Assembly: GCA_031835245.2 (NCBI GenBank)
Contig: JAVKOQ020000020.1
Coordinates: 124,001 to 188,000 of the forward strand
From: Balamuthia mandrillaris
Lineage: Eukaryota
DNA: 64,000 nucleotides
Reading direction: 5' to 3'
Shown piece after piece: positions 51,977-61,120 of this stretch. The notes below the pieces were generated by a model. The model worked only from the letters and a program-made list of their open reading frames with translations. It ran no database searches and was not told where the DNA came from. Position numbers and translations under genes: made by a program. The number at the start of each line of letters is the position of its first letter. The first letter of the stretch is position 1.

Positions 51977-53158
51977 AGAGAATAATGAGTACCAGCAGAA
52001 GCAAGATTCAACAACACCCAACATGCAAAGTGTTGAACGGATTCATCTTTGGAATGGTGCTCCATGCTTTTCACAACCAAATCAACTGCTCCTCCTGCCA
52101 CCACAGCCTTTTCATGTTCTACAAAGGAAAAGAAGAAGAAGAACAAGAAGAAGAAGAAGAAGAAGAAGAAGAAGAACAAGAACAAGAACAAGAACAAGAA
52201 CAAGAACAAGAAGAAGAACAAGAACAAGAACAAGAACAAGAACAAGAAGAACAAGAACAAGAACAAGAACAAGAACAAGAACAAGAACAAGAACAAGAAC
52301 AGGATAAGACGAAAGCGTAAGGACTAGTAACGAATACAATGCATACTATCACTGTAGGATATGTTAATCAACACTTTGAGAGCTTCTCGTTGTACGGCAG
52401 CATCATCAGGGCATGTTTTCATACCGTTGAGCAATGCCTCCAACCCTCCTTCCTGCATAAACTCGTTCTGGTTTTTGGCTTTACCCCACCCAAAAAACCA
52501 AGACAAAGAAAAGGAAAAAGAAAAAGAAAAAGAAGAAGATGAAGAAGAGAAGAAGAGAAGAAGAAGAAGAAGAAGAAGAAGAAGAAGAAGAACAAGAAGA
52601 AGAACAAGAAAAAGAAGAAGATGAAGAAGAGAAGAAGAGAAGAAGAAGAAGAAGAACAAGAAGAAGAACAAGAAGAAGAAGAAGAAGAAGAAGAAGAAGC
52701 ACAAGAAGAAGAAGAAGAAGAAGAAGAAGAACAAGAACAAGAACGAGAAAACACAACAAAAAAAAAACAAAGAAAAAAAAAACAAAAAAATAGTGTAAGA
52801 AAGTGATGAGGAACATAAATAACCAAAGAAAGTACCAGAGTAGGAGGTGAGGTGCGCCAAAGCGGTGAACGCATGTTCCAAAAGGTCACTTTGCGCGGTG
52901 TGCGCTCTGATCAGCTCCAAAACAGCGGCCACGGCCTCCACCACACTTTCACGAATTTGAGCTGAGGGAAAAGTTTGACAAAAGAAAAAAAAAAAAAATA
53001 AAAGGATTTATCAGCAAACCTGTTCAGTGCACAAAAAATAGAAGAAACCAACCATCAGAGGCCGCGGCAGCTAAATCCCGAAGCAATGGAAGGGCTTTCC
53101 CGTGGTCCTCCTTCTTATCCTGCAGCTTCGTTACAATGTCTTGCACGGGAGCGCTCAT
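50146..53158 (-). CDS. Armadillo-repeat protein, roughly one repeat per exon
   Basis: Repeats such as GGLEALLNGMKTCPDDAAVQREALKVLINIS, GAVDLVVKSMEHHSKDESVQHFACWVLLNLA, GVEAIITAMKAFPESKRLLFSALGALLNLS, GGIDAIVAAMDEHKDFSDLMSHGCLALVNL separated by microsatellite-rich introns. Confidence 0.85.
52131..52300. repeat. (GAA)n/(GAACAA)n microsatellite in an intron of the ARM gene; similar tracts at about 52510-52745 and 56225-56330
   Basis: Direct reading. Confidence 0.9.
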
Positions 53159-53536
53159 CTTTGTTTCTTTTTCGGCTGGTGTCACAATGTCCACAGAAAT
53201 GTACATTCTCTCTTCTCTCGTCTCTCTTCTCTCTCCTCATCTCTCTTCTCTCTTCACTCTTCTCTCTTCTCTCTCCTCTCTCCAGACACCAAGACGAAAT
53301 TTTGTGGAGCGGCACGCGAAATTCATTCCCAGGGTTGATGCCTGCAGTGGCCGTTGTATCCGCTGCAATCTTCACTACCGTTTTTTGCGCTGTTGCGTTC
53401 CACACAACGGCACGAGACAAGTTCATTCGTTAATTTCCTTTGTTCTTTCTCCTTTCTATTTTTTGTTTGAAGCGTGCCAGCGCGAAGGAAGAGTAGCAAA
53501 AAAGTAGCAAGCAAGCAAGCAAGAACAGCACACGAA

Positions 53537-54929
53537 ATGAGCGGAAACGAAGAGGACGCATGGGGCTCGGAGGAGGACCTTTTCCATCCAGAATCGAAGC
53601 ATGGGTGTGCGGGACGAAGAAACCCCCTCCCAAGGACGGCCAAACGAGCCAACGCTCGGGAGCGACCAGCAGCAAAAAAACAAAAAAACAAAGCGAGTCA
53701 ACCTGCAACCGGTTCACGCCACCGCACGGACGATGCTGAAGAACGGCAAGAGGTTGGTGGAGAAGACATTGCATATGACGAAGAGGAGCTTATAAGACAG
53801 GAGATCGCCAAAGGGACGCAGGGGTCTACTCGTCTCGCAAAGAACCCAGCGTTGCGTGTGCTTTTGGCAAAGGGCTCGTTGTCGTTGGATGCATACCGCA
53901 AGCATGTTCTACGGTTGACACCAGTCCCAGAAGGTATGTATTTTGTTCTTTTTGTTTTAACAATGCGCTCTCCATCCACCGCTCTTTCCTTCCCTGTGCG
54001 GAACTAAACCGAGCAAAAAAAACATGATAATAACAGACATGGTTGAAAAGGACATTCTTGGGTGCCCAATCAACACCCCACTGGAGCCAACCGACACGAC
54101 TTGCGAGGAAGAAGAAATCAGCGTTCAATGGACACCGCGATCCTATGTCCAATATGAGGTAGAACACGACCAACCAATATCCGTCTTCTCCCTTTTGAAC
54201 TCGGAGCGTTTATTGGCAGAGGAGACAGCCAACTACCTCCTCTACAAAGAGAACCGTCGAAAGCAAGCCGAACAAGAAAGGCAAGAAAACGAGAGAATGG
54301 AAGAAGAAGAGCAAAACAAGGATGAAGAAAGCGAACGACCGTCTGCAACATCGCCAAGAACGTGCAGGCAAACACACGGGCAAATAGCTAGTTCAAGCAC
54401 GACCAATCGAAAGAAGAAAAAAGTTCGGGAACCACACAGCCCAGGGCACGTTATGACTGTGAACGAGCTGAGTCTGGACTCCCTGCGTGAAGTTTGGAAA
54501 AGATGGGAAGGAAGTATTGTCAGGTCGGGAGGTTGTTGGATGCTCAACGGGACGGACAACAAAAAATTAACCCTCGAAAAAGCTGAAGAAGAGAGGTGGA
54601 GGTGTTACTGTCACCACCCCAAAGATGGAAATGATGGATATCTACAAGCTACTGTGGAGAACCGCAAATACTTTGTGCACGAAATTTCTTGGTTACTGCA
54701 CTATCGAGTGCTAGTTCATGGCTTGGAGGTATCGCACTTATGCCACAACTCTCGCTGCATAACTCCGGAGCATTTGACCCTCGAACCAGCAGGCTTCAAG
54801 CTCTTCAGACGACGATGCAGAAAGTGTCAATTGCATCTTCACCAAATGCACCCCAGTGAGCTCAGGTGTGAAGCACACTTCCCGCCATGCATCTACAGTG
54901 TATTCGAACCTCGTTTAAGCGATGAGTAG
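53537..54929 (+). CDS. His-Cys box (His-Me finger, I-PpoI-like) domain protein with long charged N-terminus, 2 exons
   Basis: GCWM, DGYLQATVENRKYFVHEISW, EVSHLCHNSRCITPEHLTLE, RRRCRKC..CEAHFPPC; phase-1 intron 53934-54036 (GTATGT...AACAG). Confidence 0.82.
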
Positions 54930-55427
54930 TACTCTTCGTCGTATCCAGCTCACAGGAAAGATGAGCCGACATAGTTCTTTTTTTTTTTCTGGTTAGTTTG
55001 CTTTCCTTCCTATTTAAAATCTTAGATTCTTTCCCGTCGACCACTTTCATGTGCCTTCAACTTTACCAAAGGATCAGAGAATCTGTTGTATTAGTTCGGT
55101 CTCACCTACGACATTCCTGGGCTTTTTTGTTAGCATTCTTCCTGTCTTTTTTTTATTGCAAATTCAACCCATTTCTCTCTCAGATACGACTGTTGTTTCT
55201 TTATTTAATTCTCCCTCATTTTAGCACCACTAGCGCTGAGCGAACGCCGACGTTGCTGGTCGCCAACGTATTCCGCGCGAATTATCTTCTGCTGGCAGAG
55301 ACGGAAGAAAAAAAAAAGGAGAAGAGAGAAGACAAAACCAGTTTTTTATTTAGCCTTTAGCATTACACGTTACAACGTTATATCGATGGCAAAAAACTGG
55401 TCTTCCGCTCATTCCTTCTTCAAGGAT

Positions 55428-56761
55428 TTAAAAGAAAAGAGGGAGAGGGCGATGACCTGCATCACCGTCATTACCACTCTCCCCGTCACCATCTTCGCTG
55501 CCATCGGTGCTGCCGTCGGTGCTGCCGTCAGTGCTGCCATCCCCAGGAAGGTCCTCCACATAGTATTCCTCCCAATCCTCGGGCACGTCATAGACACGAA
55601 CGTAGTCGATGGTGAAGTCGTTATTCCAGGTGAGGTGAGCCGTGTCATCGTTATAGTCTGCAATGGATCCGCCGAAGAAGCCGCCAGCAATGGCCATGTT
55701 GAGGATGATGTGAAAGTCTTGGTCCCAAGGTTGCCCGTTGGCCGTGTAGCCGGACTTGTCCTCCACGCCAATGTCCCAGCGTCGGTCCAGGTCCAGGTGG
55801 TAGGTCTCAACACCATCCACGAACCAACGCATCTCACTCTCTATCCAAAGGATGGCAAAGGTGTGGAAGTCGGCGGAGAAGTCGGCGCCTTCGAGAGCTG
55901 GTTTGAATGAAGATGGTCATGAAGAGAAACGGATCAATGGAAGATTGGGAAGAACAAAAGCGAGAAGGGGGTAACATACTGACTGGCCCAGAGCCGGTGT
56001 GCTGGTTGTCGGGCCAAGGAGCGCCGTGATGAAGGGTGAACTCCATCTGGTCCACGATTTGGGAGCGGTACTCCATGATGTCGATCTCTCCACTGGCGGC
56101 CCAACCGGGGTACTTCGTATCAGTGGGCAACATCCAGAAAGCAGGCCAACGGAAGTCTCCATCTGGAAGCTGAGCTCTTTAAAAAAACAATTAGAAAACA
56201 TTATTTTTCATTTTTCACAAAGAGAGAAGAAGAAGAAGAAGAAGAACAAGAAGAACAAGAAGAAGAACAAGAACAAGAAGAAGAACAAGAAGAAAAAGAA
56301 CAAGAACAAGAAGAAGAAAAAGAACAAGAGGAAGCGAACCTAATCTCGAAGTAACCGTGGTGGAAAGATCCTGTGTCGCTGTTCCTCGTGCGAATACGTC
56401 CGCTGGTGTGCGGTTGCGTCCAGGAGCAAACTCCAGGCTCGGGCTCAGGGTCCAAAGTACAGTCATTGTTTGCATCTCCTGTGGTGCCGCCGGGAATGCG
56501 GATGGAGCGGAGGTGAAGCATGCCCTCCTCCAGGAAGATGTTGTCCTCCTCGTCCACGTAGCATTGCTTCTCGTTGTTGCCGCCGCCCCAACAGTTCACC
56601 TCCACGTCCCAGAGGGTTCGGTCGAGGGAGGAGCCCTCAAACTCGTCCTGCCACTGCAGCGTCCAGCTGGAGGGGTCCAGCCGTGGTTCGGCGGAAGCGA
56701 AGGAAGCGCAGCAGAGCAGCACAGCAGAGAGTACTACAAGAGGTACAGTAAAGGCCTTCAT
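55428..56761 (-). CDS. Secreted GH16 beta-1,3-glucanase (laminarinase-like), 3 exons
   Basis: Signal peptide MKAFTVPLVVLSAVLLCCASFASA, WQDEFEG, WGGGNNEKQCY, TSGRI, WPAFWMLP, WAASGEIDIME (catalytic ExDxxE), PWDQDFHIILNMAIAG, IDYVRVY. Confidence 0.93.
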
Positions 56762-57139
56762 GTGTGTTTGATAAAAAACTAAAGAATTAAACAAAAATAA
56801 AAAGAGCCGTTCCGTTTTGTATTGAGGTGTAATGCCTTATTTCGTTATAACTATACATTTATATTACTGTTATGATTATTTTCACCTAAGAAGCCCTCAA
56901 TTTCTGTGTCACCTGCTGGGGCAAACCAGTGAGAACTTGACTCACAATCACCACGAACCACCTGCTATTCCTTATGTGTTCTACAAGTTCACGCCTAACG
57001 GAGCAAAAGGTTAAACATTAACTTCCTAGGATTATTGTGACGTGCGTCTTTGTCTAACGGGGCTTGCGGTTGGTTGAAAAATATACTCCAAGGATTAGTG
57101 CCAAACAAGCTCAGGTGGTTTTGACAGAGGAAGGACATT

Positions 57140-57470
57140 CTTTTTGCAGGGCTCATTAGCAATAAGAGACTTGGACCACGGACCTGCTCCTACGCCAATG
57201 AGCACGGCCTCCACTAGTTCAGGTGGCTCCTAGAGAGTGCATGTGGGTCAGACAGGGCATCTGCAAGATCGTTGCCATCCGCGGCCATTTGGAGTTGTTG
57301 CCGTGGCTTCTCCTTGAACAGGGTTGCGCTGTTGAACATGCCTATCTGCCAAACACGGGCATTTGCTTGTACTGGTATGGGTGTGAAAGAGCAAGGCACG
57401 TGCCTGCAATGCCGCCAGTGGAGGACGTTGGAAGTGATGCGATGGTTGAAAGAGAGAACCATCGCTACAC
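57140..57470 (+). pseudogene. Degenerate fragment of a CPW-type ankyrin-repeat gene
   Basis: Pieces in different frames: RTCSYANEHGLH*, ICKIVAIRGHLELLPWLLLEQGC, TLEVMRWLKE, resembling the repeat unit of 37588-39318 but with a stop and frameshifts. Confidence 0.5.
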
Positions 57471-57619
57471 CCGTCGGTGAAGCCACGGATTGTCCGGTTA
57501 GACCAACAACTGGGATGACGCGACATAGGAAAAAGCGAACAAAGGAACAAAGATAGACGAAAGGTAAGAAGAAAATAAGCTCAACACAAAGGCTTCATCA
57601 ATAAATAATTGTTGTTTCC

Positions 57620-60600
57620 TTAAACAAGAGAAGCAGAAGAAGAAGGACATAGCTCCAAAAATATACAGTTTGCCATGGCCTTTCGTTGCAGTTGCTTCCT
57701 GCATATGCCTATCTTCTTGGATTTGCATCGAAACCCACTCATCCGCCTCCTAACTCGAATCCGTTTGTCTCCCTGTTGGCACAAATGGGGAGTTTGTAGA
57801 AGATCGCAAGGAAGAGCAAGCGTCGTGTGGTTGAGAGACGACATTAGCACCTCGTGATGGTGAAAGAGTTGGCCATAGTGAATGCATTCCAAGCAAAGAG
57901 GAGGAAGATCGAGGTCGTTGGGAGGGGAGAGAACGAGCTTGGAGTTGCTCTTCATAATAAGAAATTGATCAAAGTTGTTGTGTGCCTCGTCCACTGAAGA
58001 ATTCGCAGAAAAAGAATGTTCAGCATATCGTAACGGAATGCCACCAAACATCTCTCCCAAAAGTCGAATGCAAGTGTTGCGCCGTTCATAATGATCATCT
58101 TTTGCGCTTACACCAGACTTTCCAAGTTTTCTGATGAGTGCTTTGCGGATGCTCACGTCCACAATGACGGGCGGTCTTCCAGTCGCATTTGCCACCACAA
58201 AGTTCATCAGAATATCCTCACAGTTCATAAAAGAGTCCACCAACTGGCGAGCTTCCTGCAAAGATCCGTCGCTGTACATAGCGTGATAGTCCTTGTGGAG
58301 CATGAGGCCACTGGGCAGAACAATAGAGACGAAGGCTCCATGGGTTGAGCTGTAAAATAGTCGCCCTGTATCCGCCTCCACTGCATGCGATCGCCCTCTT
58401 TCACGTACGTTGACCATAGAGCGAGGGTGGGTCATCCAAGCAACCAACTCGGTGGTTAAAGCCTCAGCAGGAAAGTCGGTGTCATCGTCCATGTGAAGAA
58501 CACAGTCGTAGTTTTGTAACTCGTTGAAGGGCAAGAAACGGTTGTTCAAAGAGTTTCTTGGCATCCTTTTGATGGTCACAGGGACGCCGTTGAAGATGAA
58601 AGACAGGGTTGAGTTTGAAGAAGTAATGGTAAAAGAGGAAGAATTAAGAGGAGGGGGTTGATCTAAGTTGTTCCAAACGATGAGGATTTGGCCTATAACA
58701 TTGTGAATGCCTGTATAGTGCTGCAAACGATCCGTAAAGGAATCGATACGAGAAAAGACAGGCATAACCAACGTGCATCGGTTAGGATTTGCAGCATCGG
58801 AAGGAAGTGTGCTCATCGCTCTGCGATCACCATCTTCCTCAGCTTCTGCTAGTTCTTGTTGCCCTTGTTCTTTGTGTTCTTCTTCCCCTTGGCCTTCTTC
58901 GTTCTCTATTTCTTCTTCCGTTTCCTGTGTTACGACCCTTCGAAAGTTCGAATCAAAGACTTGCAACGTTTCCAACCGAGGCCAGTTGAGCAGGTTCATG
59001 TCTTCCGTCTGCTTCAACAGCGGCACTTTGTCGTTTTCGTTTACAAAGGAATCCAAGTATAAGCTAGAAACGAAAGAAAGCCCATTGGGTGGATTTGGCA
59101 TTAAAACCATCCGCCGAGTCTCCTCTATGAAGCGAACATGGTCTCTCCTCCACGACTCCATGTCGCCGTTGCTCCCCCTTCTCTCTGCCTCCGAAAAAAG
59201 CATCGACGACCTCTTGTTCGAGGCATCCCGCTTTTGTTGATACCACCGTTGAAAGCGGTTCCAACTTTGCCCGTCCCACAGAACGCCCCACTCCATCGAA
59301 TGCTGAACCAAAAGCGGAGTACCAACTGTCGACTCTGTTCGACCCTCAAATGGAATGGAGTACAAAGAAACACCAGAGAGATGAGGATCGTAGCTCTCTC
59401 CGAGGAAATATGTCTCCACGGCCTTGGCCAGCCACCGCAAGAAGAAAGGAGAGACCTCCTGATCGTCACGAAGAAAGAGAGCAAACTCACTCCCTTGAGT
59501 TGGGTTCCAACAATCTTCTGTGGGGAATGTTCTGGTGTGAACGTAGATTGTGCCGTGTCTGCTGGGCGGAAATGAGGGGAGCAGTGGTGATTCGGTTGAA
59601 CACGAGAAGACGTGAATTGAAACAGAGTATGGAATACGTTCAGCTGCTTCTAACGATCTCCATAGTCGACCTTTGCCTTGCTTATCTTTGTCGTTGGTAA
59701 GAATTACGTTGATGACAAAAGAAGGTTTGTGAAAAGATGCGAAAGGCAATCGCGGAAATACGCTCTTCCAAGCATTGAGAAAGCGTTTGCCAAGCAAGAC
59801 GTTGTTAAGACGATATTCTTCGTTCATCCGCTTCAGAAAAGTTGGCTTGAAGTCGGAAGGGACGTTGGTTGCCGGCTTCCGATTGAGCCGAGTCACGCGA
59901 GCAATTTCCTCGTCATTTTTTTCATTGTCGAGTGTCATTACTGAGGACAACTTCCATGAGACGCTGTTCATTAAGGCTCCAACTGATGAATGCTCGTTTC
60001 GTAGAAACAAGGAAGAGGCTTGAAACTTATTCACCGTAAATGATAGGAAGTCAAGCGAATGTTCTTCGAGCAAGGCAGGAATAACGTGCATGCCGAAGAG
60101 GGAGGATAGCGTCCAGCCTCCGAAAAGCTCTTGGTCTTCTCCTGCCTCAAAGACCAAACCTGCCAGCGAACGATGAACGAGAAAAGCCTCCAAGTTCAAG
60201 CCTCGAACGAGAGGAGCCACGCCGCCGTTCGTTTCGCTGTGGGTGAGATTCCCAAACGAAGCGACAGCCGGCTTCCACCTCTCCAACAGTTGGACCAACG
60301 CTGCGCTCGGTGATGATGATGTTGGCCGTCCCTCCTCTTTCTCCCTTTCACCCAAGTCTTGGCGAGATTCATAGGAGGAAGTGAAAGCAACGTCTTCGGA
60401 GAGGTAGAGGTAGTATTCGCAGTGATGCATCGAAGCGGCGTGATGATAGGCCTCGTAGAGCGTTTCTTGTTTGTTCAGCTTTTTGCCTGCCTGCCCGTAG
60501 AAGCGTGGCCAAAGCAAAACGGTGAGACCAGGAGGAGTCGCAAGAGCAGCAGACCGGTCGGCCGTTGTTGTTGTTGTTGTTGAGGACAGCCAAAAGACGG

Positions 60601-60817
60601 CCGGAAAACTGGAGTCCCACCAGCGCCAAAGGCGAACGGCTTCTTCCTTCGACCCGGCTCGCCCAACAAGGCACACCGGAGCGACCGCGTGTGCCCGTTC
60701 TTCGTCGCTGGTCGAGGAGTCCAAGAGGGAGAGGTTGGTGGACCGCCACACCAGCGAAAGCGTCCCTATGGCGAGCAGAGCAAGCAGCAAACGGAACAGG
60801 TGCCGTCTGCCCGTCAT
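57620..60817 (-). CDS. Intronless type II membrane multi-domain glycosyltransferase with C-terminal GT64 (EXT/EXTL2-like) domain
   Basis: N-terminal anchor LFRLLLALLAIGTLSLVW; GT64 motifs ILIVWNN, RNSLNNRFLPF, VLHMDDD, NCEDILMNFVVAN, HYERRNTC; central GT-A-like block FALFLRDDQEVSPFFLRWL..GVSLY..WG..WNRFQRW. Confidence 0.85.
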   Translation of the reverse strand: MTGRRHLFRLLLALLAIGTLSLVWRSTNLSLLDSSTSDEERAHAVAPVCLVGRAGSKEEAVRLWRWWDSSFPAVFWLSSTTTTTTADRSAALATPPGLTVLLWPRFYGQAGKKLNKQETLYEAYHHAASMHHCEYYLYLSEDVAFTSSYESRQDLGEREKEEGRPTSSSPSAALVQLLERWKPAVASFGNLTHSETNGGVAPLVRGLNLEAFLVHRSLAGLVFEAGEDQELFGGWTLSSLFGMHVIPALLEEHSLDFLSFTVNKFQASSLFLRNEHSSVGALMNSVSWKLSSVMTLDNEKNDEEIARVTRLNRKPATNVPSDFKPTFLKRMNEEYRLNNVLLGKRFLNAWKSVFPRLPFASFHKPSFVINVILTNDKDKQGKGRLWRSLEAAERIPYSVSIHVFSCSTESPLLPSFPPSRHGTIYVHTRTFPTEDCWNPTQGSEFALFLRDDQEVSPFFLRWLAKAVETYFLGESYDPHLSGVSLYSIPFEGRTESTVGTPLLVQHSMEWGVLWDGQSWNRFQRWYQQKRDASNKRSSMLFSEAERRGSNGDMESWRRDHVRFIEETRRMVLMPNPPNGLSFVSSLYLDSFVNENDKVPLLKQTEDMNLLNWPRLETLQVFDSNFRRVVTQETEEEIENEEGQGEEEHKEQGQQELAEAEEDGDRRAMSTLPSDAANPNRCTLVMPVFSRIDSFTDRLQHYTGIHNVIGQILIVWNNLDQPPPLNSSSFTITSSNSTLSFIFNGVPVTIKRMPRNSLNNRFLPFNELQNYDCVLHMDDDTDFPAEALTTELVAWMTHPRSMVNVRERGRSHAVEADTGRLFYSSTHGAFVSIVLPSGLMLHKDYHAMYSDGSLQEARQLVDSFMNCEDILMNFVVANATGRPPVIVDVSIRKALIRKLGKSGVSAKDDHYERRNTCIRLLGEMFGGIPLRYAEHSFSANSSVDEAHNNFDQFLIMKSNSKLVLSPPNDLDLPPLCLECIHYGQLFHHHEVLMSSLNHTTLALPCDLLQTPHLCQQGDKRIRVRRRMSGFRCKSKKIGICRKQLQRKAMANCIFLELCPSSSASLV

Positions 60818-61009
60818 TCTCCTCTCTGTGCCACTTTTCTTTCTCTTTCTCTTTTGCTTTTTCGTTTAATCGTTTGACGGGGGGCAAGGGGGAGAATTTA
60901 ATCTGACCGTTCCTTTTTAGAGCAAAACAGGGTATTTATATATCTATACTCTCCAAATCGGTCTTAAATCCCGTGAATTTAATTTATTTTTCACCAAAAA
61001 AAGAATTTA

Positions 61010-61100
61010 AACTATCCTATTGTCCGCAAAGTCGACAAAAACTAAAGTAACTATCCTATTGTCCGCAAAGTCTGCAAAAGCTAAAGTAACTACCCTATTG
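61010..61100. repeat. 39-bp imperfect tandem repeat, about 2.3 copies
   Basis: Units start at 61010, 61049 and 61088: AACTATCCTATTGTCCGCAAAGTCGACAAAAACTAAAGT / AACTATCCTATTGTCCGCAAAGTCTGCAAAAGCTAAAGT / AACTACCCTATTG. Confidence 0.9.
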
Positions 61101-61120
61101 CCCTTTTGCCGACGTTTCGT

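Noticed and set aside
53400..55400. Group I intron or rDNA hosting the His-Cys box gene
   Set aside because: No rRNA-like sequence or recognisable group I core nearby; flanks are ordinary protein-coding genes
61010..61100. CRISPR-like array or homing endonuclease target site
   Set aside because: Units are contiguous with no unique spacers, there are no cas genes, the genome is eukaryotic, and the resemblance to rDNA homing sites is limited to a few bases (TAACTAT)
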